Assembly (NCBI GenBank): GCA_013374835.1
Contig: CP055307.1
Span: 279,315 to 343,314, forward strand
Direction: 5' to 3'
DNA length: 64,000 bases
From: Candidatus Woesebacteria bacterium
GTDB taxonomy: Bacteria > Patescibacteriota > Microgenomatia > UBA8517
Shown: positions 47,901-57,399 of the stretch, piece by piece
Position numbering within the stretch: the stretch's first letter is position 1
Layout: the number at the start of each line of letters is the position of its first letter
The notes under the pieces: generated by a model
What the model was told of the DNA's origin: nothing
Databases searched by the model: none
What the model saw: the letters and a program-made list of their open reading frames with translations, nothing else
Position numbers and translations under genes: made by a program

Positions 47901-50900
47901 CTTATTCGTTAGTTACACAACAGCCCTTAGGCGGAAAGGCACAAATGGGCGGACAAAGACTTGGAGAGATGGAGGTATGGGCGCTTGAAGCTCATAGGGC
48001 AGCTTATACATTGCAAGAGATGCTGACAATTAAGTCTGATGATATTATTGGGCGCGCCCAGGCTTTTGGTGCGATAGTGAAGGGCGAGCCTATTCCTGAG
48101 GCACGGGTTCCTGAAAGTTTTAAGGTATTGATTAGGGAGCTAAACTCTCTTGGATTATCTGTAAATATTGAAGGAAGAGTTGCAATAAAAGATGAAGGTG
48201 AAGAGGAAAACGGTCGTGAATCGGAAAGTATGGAGATAAAAAGTGACCAAAAAATGGATCCTTTGGCTGTACTTAAGAGTTTGGATGATATTACTTCTTT
48301 ACAGATTAAACTTGCTTCACCTGAGGAAATAAGAGCTTGGTCCAAGGGTGAAGTTATAAAACCCGAGACTATTAACTATAGAACGTTAAAGCCTGAAAAG
48401 GACGGTCTTTTTGACGAAAGAATATTTGGTCCTACAAAGGATTATGAGTGTTATTGCGGCAAATATAAAAGGATTAGATATAAAGGTGTTGTGTGCGATA
48501 AGTGCGGTGTTGAAGTAACAGAGTCTAGGGTTAGAAGAGAAAGAATGGGCCATATTGAACTTGCGGCACCAGTTGTCCATGTTTGGTACTTTAAAGGTGC
48601 ACCGTCGAAAGTTTCACTTCTTCTTGGGCTTCCGCCTCGGGCGGTTGAGCAGGTTGTTTATTTTGCTAGGTATATGGTTATGAGTGTTGATGAAGAATTG
48701 AGAAAGGAAGCGCTTAAGAATATTGAAAATATTCATGTTGAGAAAATAAAGGAGATAAAAGAGATATACCGAGATCAAAAGCAGATCGTAGAAACAGATG
48801 CAAAAGAGCGAAAAGAGCGTGTTAAGTCCAGAGTTAAAGACAAGGACCAGCTGGCTTTGGCTTTGAGCGAGGTGGATCTTGGGTTGCGAAAGAAGATAAC
48901 TTCGATTACCGAAGAAGAAAAAAGCTCGATTGAAAAGACAGATGATCTTTTTCAGAAGATTAAGCAGTTAATTAAAGATATTAAAAAGTATGGTTTTTTA
49001 ACCGAGGATGAATATGACAAGCTTTATGGGTATGGCGTTGCCGATTTTGTTGAGGTAAAGATGGGTGCGGAGGCTGTACTTGAAGTGCTTAAAAGCATTA
49101 ATCTTGAGGAACTTTCAAAGGAAATAAGAAAAGAGCTCAAAGAAATTAAGGGCAAGGGCCCAAGATATGTGAAATTAACGAAACGGCTTAAGATAATTGA
49201 CGGGATGAGGGATGCAAAGATAGATCCGTCTTGGATGGTTCTTAAGGTTCTTCCTGTTTTACCTCCCGATTTGAGGCCCATGGTTCAGCTTTCAGGTGGG
49301 AGATTTGCGACGAGTGATTTGAATGATCTTTACAGAAGGGTGATTAATAGGAACAATAGACTTAAGCACCTTATTTCTCTTGGAGCGCCCGAGATTATTT
49401 TGAGAAATGAAAAGAGGATGCTTCAGGAATCTGTAGATTCTTTGATTGACGCGTCACAGAGAAAAGCAACCAGAAGAGGTAGGGGAAGGCAACCTTTGAG
49501 ATCTTTATCTGATATGCTTCGCGGTAAGCAAGGAAGATTTCGACAAAATCTTTTGGGTAAGCGCGTTGATTATTCCGGCAGAAGCGTGATTGTCGTGGGT
49601 CCTGAGCTTAAACTAAATCAGTGCGGTATCCCAAAAGAGATGGCTTTGGAGATAGCTAAGCCTTTTGTTCTTCGTGAAATGATTTCAAGAGGCATGGCTC
49701 CTAATGTGAAAAGTGCAAAAAATATGCTTGAGAGAAGACCTTCCGAAGTTTTTGATATTCTTGAGGAAATAACGAAAAATCATCCTGTTCTTTTGAATAG
49801 GGCACCGACTCTTCATAAGCTTGGTTTTCAATCTTTTTATCCGGTTCTTATTGAGGGTAACGCGATACGTCTGCATCCAGCGGTCTGTAAGGGTTACAAT
49901 GCTGATTTTGATGGTGATCAAATGGCAGTTCATCTGCCGTTATCTACGAATGCCATACGAGAATCTATTGAGCTTATGATGTCGGACAAGAATCTATTAA
50001 GGCCTGCGGACGGATCCCCGATGGCTGCTCCTGCTTCAAAAGAAATAGCTCTTGGGCTTTATTTCTTGACCATTATTGATGAGCGAATTGCAAAATCTGA
50101 TGTTATTTTTTCTGATTTCAACGAGGTGATTTTAGCTTATGGGCTTTCGAAAATTAATCTTAGACAGAAGATATCAGTAAGATATAACGGAAAGATTATT
50201 GAAACTACGCCCGGAAGAATTTTGTTTAACGAGATATTACCGCCTCAATTTGATTATATTAATGAAAATGTAAGTTCAGACGTTATTAAAAAAATTATTG
50301 ATGATGCCTTTAGTAAGGTGACTCACGAGGAGCTTGTTAGAATGATCGATGATATTAAAGACCTTGGTTTTATGGGAGGGACAGTATCTGGACTTTCTTT
50401 TGGAGTTACTGATGCGATAGTCCATCCAGAAAAGGACAAAATTATTGAAAGGGCAAATAAGCGAGTTTCAGACGTGGAGAACAATTTTGCTCAGGGACTT
50501 ATAACCCTTGAGGAGAAAAAGAGGTTGACAAAGGATATTTGGATTGAGACTACAGAGGAGATAGTCGATAAAACTTGGGATCTTCTTGATCCTATTGGAT
50601 CTATTAGAATGGTGATTGACGCTAAAGTGGGCAGAACTTCTAGGGACCAGATTAAACAGCTTTCCGGAATGATCGGTCTTGTTGTAGATCCTTTGGGAAA
50701 GGTGGTTGAGCTTCCTGTTAAGTCTAATTTTAGAGAGGGACTTTCTGTGTATGAGTATGTAAACGGAAGTCGTGGAGCGAGAAAAGGGCTGACTGATACT
50801 GCTCTTAAGACTGCTGATGCAGGATATCTTACCCGCCGGCTTGTAGATGTTGCCCACGATGTTATTGTAAGGGAGGAAGATTGTGGTGTTGAAGAGGGAC

Positions 50901-51964
50901 TTTTGGTCACAAGATCTTCTAGACCAAAGATGTTTTTGAGAAGGATCGTTGGAAGAGTGGCTGCTAATGATATAAAGGATGCAAAAGGTAAAGTTATAGT
51001 TGCAAAGGGTGAAATTATTGAGGAAACAAAGCTTTCGGATATTGAAAAGGCTGGTATTTCACAGGTTTCTATTCATTCTCCATTGACTTGTAATACAAGA
51101 TATGGAGTTTGTAGAAAATGTTACGGATGGGATTTGTCTACCAAGAAGCTTGTTGATATTGGTACTCCAGTGGGAGTTCTGGCGGCTCAATCTATCGGTG
51201 AGCCTGGTACACAGCTTACTATGAGAACTAAACATAGCGGTGGTGTAGTGGGAGTTGACGTTACACAAGGTTTGCCTAGAGTTGAAGAGCTTTTTGAATC
51301 GAGAAGTCCTAAGATTCAATCTTCTTTGGCTGAAATTTCTGGGAAAGTTAAGATTGAGGAGACAGAAGTCGGGTGGAATGTGATTATTAGGAATTCCGGT
51401 ACAAAGCCACCTGAAGAGAGAGCGTATTTTGTTCCTAAGACCCAGAAGTTAATGGTAGAGGACGGAGAGAGTGTGGAAGTGGGAGCTCAGCTTTCAAGTG
51501 GATACCTTGATATTAAGGAAATTTTGTTAATTAAAGGGCTCAAGGCGGCACAGGAATATTTAGTAACAGAGCTTCAAACTGTTTATGAATCACAGGGAAT
51601 ACCAATTAACGACAGACATTTTGAGGTGATAGTTAGAAAAATGAGTGATGAGGTTAAGATAATTACTGCGGGAGATACTGATCTTCTTCCCGGTGAACAA
51701 ATTGAGAAGGCAAAATTTGAAGAGGAAAACGAGAGAGTTTTGGCGGCAGGAGGAGAGGCTGCTACTGCTTCGCAGATAATTCTTGGGATTACCAGAAGGG
51801 CGATGTATACAGAGAGCTGGCTTTCTGCAGCAAGTTTTCAGCAAACGACAGATGTACTTTCTGATTCGGCATTAATGGGTAGAACTGATAAGCTTATTGG
51901 CTTGAAAGAAAATGTAATTATTGGTAGGCTTATACCTGTTTCGCCTGATAGGGTGATGCTTTAA
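44936..51964 (+). CDS. rpoBC: Fused DNA-directed RNA polymerase beta-beta' subunit (RpoB-RpoC single polypeptide)
   Basis: One uninterrupted 2342-aa ORF. The RpoB N-terminus (LDLSLIQRESWQWFL) runs to a beta C-terminus (ESFKVLIRELNSLGLSVNIE). A ~20-aa acidic linker (GRVAIKDEGEEENGRESES) leads in frame into the beta' N-terminus (LASPEEIRAWSKGEVIKPETINYRTLKPEKDGLFDERIFGP...CGKYKR...CDKCGVEVT...NADFDGDQMAVH). Confidence 0.85.
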   Translation: MADNNKRRNFGKEEKNLPELDLSLIQRESWQWFLSEGIASEISQISPIDDFTGKNWQLVLGEHTLEEPEINPKSAIEKGLTYSAPFKIQTSLINKNTGERIDQEVFLGNLPQMTASGTFIINGIERAVINQLVRSSGVYFSGEQDTTSGRMLYMAEVRPLRGSWLEFEINKNDVIWARIDKRRKINAATILRALGYENNKDILNLFTDVDTDKEHQYIKTTLAKDLSSTREEALLEIYRKLRPGEPAVLENAEGLFNSLFFDHRRYDLGRVGRYKINKKLGQDVPNDEQNWVLIKEDFVNTISYLIGLQNGVGEIDDIDHLANRRLRRVGELVATHAFRVGLLRLERSVKEKMSLISPDDKPQPQNLINARPLIASINEFFRSNQLSTILDDTNPLSEIDNLRRVTVLGPGGINRERASFSIRDINSSQYGRIDPVRSPEGPNIGLVTYLALYAHINEYGFIESPYRKVEKVKVKGKTEVRVTDETVYLTADDEENYHITHSDVTLDKRGFIQEKRLAYRYKGAFMEGPSSLVDLIDLTPRQVFGVSAALIPFLPNDHGNRALMGSNMQCQAVPLIKPSSPVIGTGMEEIVAGAMGRVIRAFYPGTVTYVDAERIDVELEKKIESNGNYGANIEISDGGKKITYFLTKFKRTSQSTSYNQKAVVNVGAKVKKGDLLADGPSCELGELALGQNLVIAYASFEGYGFEDAILVSSRLVEDDLLTSVHIKEYQADVVETKLGPEELTRDIPNVAEQELANLAEDGIVVIGAEVGPNDILVGKIAPKGETELTSEERLLRAIFGEKAREVRDTSLRVPHGEGGIVVDVNILDKDKGDELGPGVIKSVIVKVAQLRKVMVGDKLAGRHGNKGVIARILPEEDMPYLEDGTPVDIIISPLSVLARMNLGQLLEVHLGWALSKKGEKGAIPVFDRISEDVITKELKSAGLPVDGKAKLFDGRTGEAFEENTVVGVGYILKLKHMIEDKTHARSTGPYSLVTQQPLGGKAQMGGQRLGEMEVWALEAHRAAYTLQEMLTIKSDDIIGRAQAFGAIVKGEPIPEARVPESFKVLIRELNSLGLSVNIEGRVAIKDEGEEENGRESESMEIKSDQKMDPLAVLKSLDDITSLQIKLASPEEIRAWSKGEVIKPETINYRTLKPEKDGLFDERIFGPTKDYECYCGKYKRIRYKGVVCDKCGVEVTESRVRRERMGHIELAAPVVHVWYFKGAPSKVSLLLGLPPRAVEQVVYFARYMVMSVDEELRKEALKNIENIHVEKIKEIKEIYRDQKQIVETDAKERKERVKSRVKDKDQLALALSEVDLGLRKKITSITEEEKSSIEKTDDLFQKIKQLIKDIKKYGFLTEDEYDKLYGYGVADFVEVKMGAEAVLEVLKSINLEELSKEIRKELKEIKGKGPRYVKLTKRLKIIDGMRDAKIDPSWMVLKVLPVLPPDLRPMVQLSGGRFATSDLNDLYRRVINRNNRLKHLISLGAPEIILRNEKRMLQESVDSLIDASQRKATRRGRGRQPLRSLSDMLRGKQGRFRQNLLGKRVDYSGRSVIVVGPELKLNQCGIPKEMALEIAKPFVLREMISRGMAPNVKSAKNMLERRPSEVFDILEEITKNHPVLLNRAPTLHKLGFQSFYPVLIEGNAIRLHPAVCKGYNADFDGDQMAVHLPLSTNAIRESIELMMSDKNLLRPADGSPMAAPASKEIALGLYFLTIIDERIAKSDVIFSDFNEVILAYGLSKINLRQKISVRYNGKIIETTPGRILFNEILPPQFDYINENVSSDVIKKIIDDAFSKVTHEELVRMIDDIKDLGFMGGTVSGLSFGVTDAIVHPEKDKIIERANKRVSDVENNFAQGLITLEEKKRLTKDIWIETTEEIVDKTWDLLDPIGSIRMVIDAKVGRTSRDQIKQLSGMIGLVVDPLGKVVELPVKSNFREGLSVYEYVNGSRGARKGLTDTALKTADAGYLTRRLVDVAHDVIVREEDCGVEEGLLVTRSSRPKMFLRRIVGRVAANDIKDAKGKVIVAKGEIIEETKLSDIEKAGISQVSIHSPLTCNTRYGVCRKCYGWDLSTKKLVDIGTPVGVLAAQSIGEPGTQLTMRTKHSGGVVGVDVTQGLPRVEELFESRSPKIQSSLAEISGKVKIEETEVGWNVIIRNSGTKPPEERAYFVPKTQKLMVEDGESVEVGAQLSSGYLDIKEILLIKGLKAAQEYLVTELQTVYESQGIPINDRHFEVIVRKMSDEVKIITAGDTDLLPGEQIEKAKFEEENERVLAAGGEAATASQIILGITRRAMYTESWLSAASFQQTTDVLSDSALMGRTDKLIGLKENVIIGRLIPVSPDRVML

Positions 51965-51976
51965 ATTTTTATTGAT

Positions 51977-52432
51977 ATGCCAACAGTTTCTCAATTAGTA
52001 CGAAAACCCAGAAAAAAACAAATTAAAAAGGCCAGAAGTGTAGCCTTGAAGAAGTGGTTTAACGCGAAGGATAGAATTTATAAGGTTTATTCTTCGCCAT
52101 TTAAGCGGGGTGTTGTTTTGTCTGTAAGGACAATGACGCCAAGAAAGCCAAACTCCGCTTTGCGTAAAGTTGCTCGTGTAAGGCTTTCGAATAAACAGGA
52201 GGTAACAGCATATATTCCGGGTGAGGGACATGAGATATCGGAGCACTCGATTGTTTTGGTTAGATCGGGACGCGTTAAGGACTTGCCGGGAGTAAGGTAT
52301 CAGGTTGTTAGAGGTAAATATGATGCAAGAGGAGTGGTAGGAAGAAAAACTTCCAGATCAAGATATGGTACTAAAAAGCAGGGAATAGCAACAGGTGGGG
52401 TGAGCTCTAGTGCTGAAGGAGGAGAGGAGTAA
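51977..52432 (+). CDS. rpsL: 30S ribosomal protein S12
   Basis: [14 protein letters not shown]...[17 protein letters not shown]...[15 protein letters not shown]. Has a short C-terminal extension. Confidence 0.95.
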   Translation: MPTVSQLVRKPRKKQIKKARSVALKKWFNAKDRIYKVYSSPFKRGVVLSVRTMTPRKPNSALRKVARVRLSNKQEVTAYIPGEGHEISEHSIVLVRSGRVKDLPGVRYQVVRGKYDARGVVGRKTSRSRYGTKKQGIATGGVSSSAEGGEE

Positions 52433-52441
52433 AGAAATATT

Positions 52442-52921
52442 ATGCCTAGACGAGGTTATATAAAACAAAAAAGAGTTGAACTTGATCCTTTATACAATGA
52501 TTTTATGGTGGCGAAGCTTATTAATAGATCGATGAAGGACGGAAAAAAGTCTGTTTCTCAAAAACAAGTTTATAGAGCTTTTGAGATTATAAAGGAGCAG
52601 ACCAAAGAGGATCCTTTGGAAGTATTCAAAAGGGCGCTTGAGAATATGAGGCCTACTATGGAGGTGCGTCCGAGAAGAGTAGGAGGCGCTGCTTATCAGG
52701 TACCTATGCCTGTGAGGGGTAGTCGTCAGGATTCGCTTGCTATACGTTGGTTAATTGCTGCTGCAAGAAGCAGGCCGAATAGTGAGTTTCATACTTATGC
52801 AGAAAAGCTCGCAACCGAGCTTGTTGAAGCCTCAAAAGGTGAGGGTGTTGCTATCAAAAAGAAGCAGGAGGTAGAAAGGATTGCTGAAGCGAATAAGGCT
52901 TTCTCGCATTTTAGGTGGTAA
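52442..52921 (+). CDS. rpsG: 30S ribosomal protein S7
   Basis: MPRRGYIKQKRVELDPLYN...AIRWLI. Confidence 0.95.
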   Translation: MPRRGYIKQKRVELDPLYNDFMVAKLINRSMKDGKKSVSQKQVYRAFEIIKEQTKEDPLEVFKRALENMRPTMEVRPRRVGGAAYQVPMPVRGSRQDSLAIRWLIAAARSRPNSEFHTYAEKLATELVEASKGEGVAIKKKQEVERIAEANKAFSHFRW

Positions 52922-52927
52922 ATTTTT

Positions 52928-55093
52928 ATGGCTGTACAACAAACTAAGAAAAAGGCTTCTCTTGCGTCTATTGTAACTGAAAATCGTGAGGTTCCTTTAG
53001 AAAGAATTAGAAATATTGGAATTATTGCGCATATTGATGCAGGAAAGACCACGACTACAGAGAGAATTCTTTTTGAAACAGGAAAAACTTATAAGCACGG
53101 TTCGGTAGATGAGGGGACTACGGTAACTGATTGGATGGAGCAGGAAAGGGAGCGAGGGATTACTATTGTGAGCGCTGCAATAACAACTTTTTGGGATCTT
53201 CAATCCGATTCTTCTGTAGAGAATGGACATTATCGCGTTAATATTATAGATACTCCGGGACATATTGATTTTACTGCCGAGGTTGAAAGGTCTTTGAGGG
53301 TGTTGGATGGGGCGGTAATGGTTTTTGACGGTAGAACCGGAGTTGAATCGCAATCAGAGACCGTTTGGAGACAGGCCGATAGGTATCAAGTGCCTAGAAT
53401 TTGTATTTTAAACAAGCTTAATTTAATAGGTGCTGATTTTGAAGGAAGTATTAAATCTATAAGAACCAGGCTTGGTGCAAATGCGCTTCCTATACAGATG
53501 CCTGTCGGTATTGAGCATGATTTACGAGGTGTAGTTGATGTTATAAACATGAAGGCTTACACATATAAGGGTGTGGATGACAATAAGCTTACTGAGGAAG
53601 AAATTCCTGCTGATTTGAAGGAAAAGGCCAAATCTTATAGAGATGAACTTATTGAGGCGGTTGCAGAGTATGATGATGGTGTGCTTGAGAAATATCTTGA
53701 AGGTCAGGAGCTGGAGCCTAAAGATATAAAAAAAGCCATACGTGCGGGAGTGATTATGGGTAAATTTTTCCCAATTCTTGGGGGGGATAATAGAACTGTG
53801 ACTGTAAGAACGCTTCTTGATAGCGTAGTTGAATATTTACCCTCTCCTATTGATCTTCCACCCGTTGCTGGTGTAAATCCTAAAACAGGAAAAGAGGAAA
53901 CTCGGGAGAAAAATTTGGAAACACCGCTTTCTGCTCTTGCTTTTAAGGTAGTTACTGATCCGCATGTGGGGAGGCTTGTATATGTAAGAGTTTATTCAGG
54001 TAAGCTTAAGGCAGGAGAATCGGTTTATAACTCGAGTAAACAAACAACTGAAAGAATAGGAAAGCTTGTGCTTATGCATGCTGATCAAAGAGAGCTTATT
54101 GACGAAGCTTATTGTGGAGAGATTGTGGCTGTGGTGGGAAGCCGTGATTTAACAACGGGAGACACGATATGTGATCCGCGCAACCCAATAGTGCTTGAGT
54201 CGATTTCTTTTCCGGATCCTGTTATATCCCTTGCGATTGAACCTGCGACAAAGGCCGATCAAGAGAGAATGAGTCTTGCTTTAAATAAGCTTTCGGATGA
54301 AGATCCTACTTTTAGGATAAAAACAAACCATGAAACCGGTCAAACGATTATATCCGGGATGGGCGAGCTTCAGCTTGAAATTCTTGTTGATAGAATGAAA
54401 AGAGAATTTAATGTTGATGCAAAGACAGGAGCTCCACAGGTTGCTTATAAAGAGACTGTTAAGAGAGTTGCGACTGGTGAGGGTAAATATATAAGGCAGA
54501 CGGGCGGGCGTGGACAATATGGTCATTGTTTTCTTAGAATTGAGCCTTTGGGAAGGGGCGAGGGGGTAGTTTTTGTGTCTGAGATAAAGGGTGGCGCAAT
54601 TCCTTCCGAATTTATACCTGCTATTGAAAAAGGTGTTAAGGAGAAGCTTGAGTCAGGTATACTTGCGGGATATCCTGTGGTTGATTTGAAGGTTGCTGTT
54701 TACGACGGAAGTTTCCATGAGGTAGATTCTTCCGAGATTGCCTTTAAGATTGCTGGATCTTTAGCACTTGAGGAGGCTGCGAAAAAGGCGGACTTAGTGC
54801 TTTTGGAGCCTATTGTTAAGGTTGAAGTTACTACACCGGATGAATTTATGGGAGATGTGATTGGAGATCTTTCGAGTAGGAGAGCTCAAATACAGGGTAC
54901 TGAAGAAAGAGCGGGTTTGTCTGTAATAAATGCAATGGCTCCTTTGGCTGAGCTTTCGGGTTACGCAACAAGACTTAGGTCGCTATCGCAAGGAAGGGCG
55001 AGTGCTTATATTGAACCAAGCCATTATGAAGAAGTGCCGGCAAATATTTCTGAAAATATTGTTTCCCAGTCCGGCAGGGGATCTGTCTCTTGA
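52928..55093 (+). CDS. fusA: Elongation factor G
   Basis: IRNIGIIAHIDAGKTTTTERILF...DTPGHIDF and domains II-V. Possibly has a ~15-aa N-terminal extension. Confidence 0.95.
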   Translation: MAVQQTKKKASLASIVTENREVPLERIRNIGIIAHIDAGKTTTTERILFETGKTYKHGSVDEGTTVTDWMEQERERGITIVSAAITTFWDLQSDSSVENGHYRVNIIDTPGHIDFTAEVERSLRVLDGAVMVFDGRTGVESQSETVWRQADRYQVPRICILNKLNLIGADFEGSIKSIRTRLGANALPIQMPVGIEHDLRGVVDVINMKAYTYKGVDDNKLTEEEIPADLKEKAKSYRDELIEAVAEYDDGVLEKYLEGQELEPKDIKKAIRAGVIMGKFFPILGGDNRTVTVRTLLDSVVEYLPSPIDLPPVAGVNPKTGKEETREKNLETPLSALAFKVVTDPHVGRLVYVRVYSGKLKAGESVYNSSKQTTERIGKLVLMHADQRELIDEAYCGEIVAVVGSRDLTTGDTICDPRNPIVLESISFPDPVISLAIEPATKADQERMSLALNKLSDEDPTFRIKTNHETGQTIISGMGELQLEILVDRMKREFNVDAKTGAPQVAYKETVKRVATGEGKYIRQTGGRGQYGHCFLRIEPLGRGEGVVFVSEIKGGAIPSEFIPAIEKGVKEKLESGILAGYPVVDLKVAVYDGSFHEVDSSEIAFKIAGSLALEEAAKKADLVLLEPIVKVEVTTPDEFMGDVIGDLSSRRAQIQGTEERAGLSVINAMAPLAELSGYATRLRSLSQGRASAYIEPSHYEEVPANISENIVSQSGRGSVS

Positions 55094-55127
55094 CAAAGCT
55101 TGGTGGTATTGTAATAATACCCTTAAT

Positions 55128-55153
55128 TTCCGCAAAAAGCGGAAGTTATTTTT
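55128..55153 (+). terminator. Hairpin plus U-tract (terminator or attenuator) between fusA and tuf
   Basis: TTCCGC-aaaaa-GCGGAA followed by gTTATTTTT. A second hairpin, GGTATT-gtaat-AATACC, lies at 55105-55121. Confidence 0.45.
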
Positions 55154-55205
55154 CGCCTAAAATTAGGGCTTGAAAAAGTTTGAAAGATATAATAAATTAA
55201 CTATC

Positions 55206-56405
55206 ATGGCATCAGATACAAAACAAAAGTTTGAAAGAAACAAACCGCATGTAAATGTTGGTACTATAGGTCATGTTGACCACGGTAAAACTACTTTAAC
55301 TGCTGCAATTACTAATGTTCTTTCAAAACAGCCCGGTAATAATACAAAGCCTTTTAAGTTTGAAGATATTGATAACGCTCCTGAGGAGAGAGAAAGAGGA
55401 GTAACAATAAATATATCTCATATTGAATACGAAACGGAAAAGAGACATTATGCTCATATCGATGCTCCTGGTCACGCCGATTATATTAAAAACATGATTA
55501 CGGGTGCGGCTCAGATGGATGGAGCTATTTTGGTTATATCTGCTGCGGATGGACCCATGCCTCAAACGAAGGAGCATGTTATTCTGGCAAGACAAGTTAA
55601 TGTTCCTGCTTTGATTGTGTTTCTAAACAAGGTTGATACTGTTGATGACCCTGAGATTATTGATTTAGTTGAAGATGACGTACGGGAGCTTCTTAAGAAA
55701 TACGAATATCCAGGTGATGAAGTTCCTGTTATTCGCGGATCTGCGCTAAAAGCTTATGAGGGTGACCCCGAGGCTGAAAAGCAAATTTTAGAGCTTATGA
55801 AGGTAGTTGATGAGTATATTCCCGAACCCAAGAGAGAGGTTGATAAGCCTTTTTTGATGCATGTTGAAGACGTATTTTCTATTAAAGGACGAGGAACAGT
55901 AGCTACGGGGCGTGTTGAAAGAGGAAAACTTACGGTTAATGAGGAAGTTGAGATTGTCGGTATAAGGGATACTCAAAAGACTGTCGTTACTGGACTTGAG
56001 ATGTTTAGGAAAACTTTGGATGAAACCCAAGCGGGAGACAATGTAGGGGTTTTACTAAGAGGAATTGAGAAAGATCAGATTGAGAGAGGTCAGGTAATTG
56101 CAAAACCTGGATCTGTAACTCCTCATACCGAGTTTGAGGCGGAAGTTTATATTTTATCCAAAGATGAGGGGGGAAGGCATACACCATTCTTTACTGGATA
56201 TAAGCCACAATTCTTTGTGAGAACGGCAGACGTTACTGGTGAAGTTAACCTCCCTGAAGGAATTGAGATGGTTATGCCGGGTGATAACGCTAAAATGAAG
56301 GTTAAGCTTATTACTCCGGTTGCAATGGAGGAGGGGCTAAGATTTGCGGTTCGTGAGGGTGGAAAGACGGTTGGTGCAGGAGTAATCACCAAAATAATAA
56401 AATAA
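55206..56405 (+). CDS. tuf: Elongation factor Tu
   Basis: [36 protein letters not shown].... The start is moved from the track start at 55170 to the conserved N-terminus. Confidence 0.95.
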   Translation: MASDTKQKFERNKPHVNVGTIGHVDHGKTTLTAAITNVLSKQPGNNTKPFKFEDIDNAPEERERGVTINISHIEYETEKRHYAHIDAPGHADYIKNMITGAAQMDGAILVISAADGPMPQTKEHVILARQVNVPALIVFLNKVDTVDDPEIIDLVEDDVRELLKKYEYPGDEVPVIRGSALKAYEGDPEAEKQILELMKVVDEYIPEPKREVDKPFLMHVEDVFSIKGRGTVATGRVERGKLTVNEEVEIVGIRDTQKTVVTGLEMFRKTLDETQAGDNVGVLLRGIEKDQIERGQVIAKPGSVTPHTEFEAEVYILSKDEGGRHTPFFTGYKPQFFVRTADVTGEVNLPEGIEMVMPGDNAKMKVKLITPVAMEEGLRFAVREGGKTVGAGVITKIIK

Positions 56406-56426
56406 AATCTTCGCACTTTAATTAAA

Positions 56427-56735
56427 ATGGCTATAGGACGTATTAGGGTGAAACTTAAGAGTTATGATCATCGATTAATTGATGAAGCTGCTTCTAGGAT
56501 ATTGGATACGGCCATGGCAAGTGGGGCAAAGATAGCAGGCCCTACGCCGCTTCCTACAAAAAGAACTATTATACCTGTTCTTGAATCTCCATTTAAGCAT
56601 AAAGACGCACAGGAGCATTTTGAAATTTTGGTTCATAAAAGGCTTATTGATATTCTTGAACCTACAGAAAGAACTATCGATTCTTTGTCTAATTTAGATC
56701 TTCCAGCGGGAGTTTCCGTTGAGATTAAGATGTAA
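56427..56735 (+). CDS. rpsJ: 30S ribosomal protein S10
   Basis: RIRVKLKSYDHRLIDEAASRILDTA...HKRLIDILEPT. Confidence 0.95.
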   Translation: MAIGRIRVKLKSYDHRLIDEAASRILDTAMASGAKIAGPTPLPTKRTIIPVLESPFKHKDAQEHFEILVHKRLIDILEPTERTIDSLSNLDLPAGVSVEIKM

Positions 56736-57283
56736 TGAGGAGTTTTGTCTCAAGAGGTGGAGAAAAGCTTCAAGCGGCTTTGGAAGCTTTTAATATCAAT
56801 CCTGATGGTTTAATAGCTGCTGATTTTGGTGCTTCGACTGGTGGGTTTACAGATTGCCTTTTGCAAAATGGCGTTTTACGAGTATATGCGGTTGATACTT
56901 CTTATGGTGAGCTTCACTGGAAGCTTAGAAATGATCCGCGAGTTGTTGTGAAGGAGAGGACTAATGCAATGCACGTAATTTTACCTGAAAAAGTAGATAT
57001 AATTGTGATTGATACCGGTTGGACTAGGCAAGAAAAAATTATTCCAAATGCTCTAAAGAATTTGAAAAAGAATGGGTTGATTATAACTTTGATTAAACCT
57101 TATTATGAAGCTAATCCCAGCTTGATTCGTAAAGGTAGGCTTTCTGATGAGAGCGTTGACCAAGTGCTTTCTGTTGTAAAACTCAAAGTTGAAATGCTTG
57201 GAATTTGTGTTTCTAAGATTATTGAATCTCCGATTACTGGAGGACGCGCTGGTAATCGGGAGTTTTTAGCTCTTCTTGCTTGA
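56735..57283 (+). CDS. TlyA-like rRNA ribose-2'-O-methyltransferase (FtsJ fold; no N-terminal S4 domain)
   Basis: SRGGEKLQAALEAFNI...AADFGASTGGFTDCLLQNGVLRVYAVDTSYGELHWKLRNDPRVVVKERTNAMH closely matches the TlyA core. The ATG overlaps the last base of the rpsJ stop. Confidence 0.7.
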   Translation: MRSFVSRGGEKLQAALEAFNINPDGLIAADFGASTGGFTDCLLQNGVLRVYAVDTSYGELHWKLRNDPRVVVKERTNAMHVILPEKVDIIVIDTGWTRQEKIIPNALKNLKKNGLIITLIKPYYEANPSLIRKGRLSDESVDQVLSVVKLKVEMLGICVSKIIESPITGGRAGNREFLALLA

Positions 57284-57365
57284 TTAACGGCTATTTGATA
57301 TAATCAGCCTCACATGGAGGTGGTATTGATATAGACCTCTAGAAACTGGTCGGAGAGCCGAGATT

Positions 57366-57387
57366 GGGCGCCTCTGGCGCTTTTTTT
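57366..57387 (+). terminator. Short GC hairpin plus T7 tract (terminator/attenuator-like) just upstream of rplC
   Basis: GGGCGCC-tct-GGCGC followed by TTTTTTT. The stem is only 5-6 bp. Confidence 0.35.
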
Positions 57388-57399
57388 AATGTAAAAAGC

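Noticed and set aside
47122-50910. Several minus-strand ORFs of 80-160 aa inside rpoBC (for example 47122-47601 and 50491-50910), which are Ser/Thr/Pro-rich
   Set aside because: They are antisense to a strongly supported essential gene and are low-complexity, the typical antisense artefact of a long AT-rich coding region.
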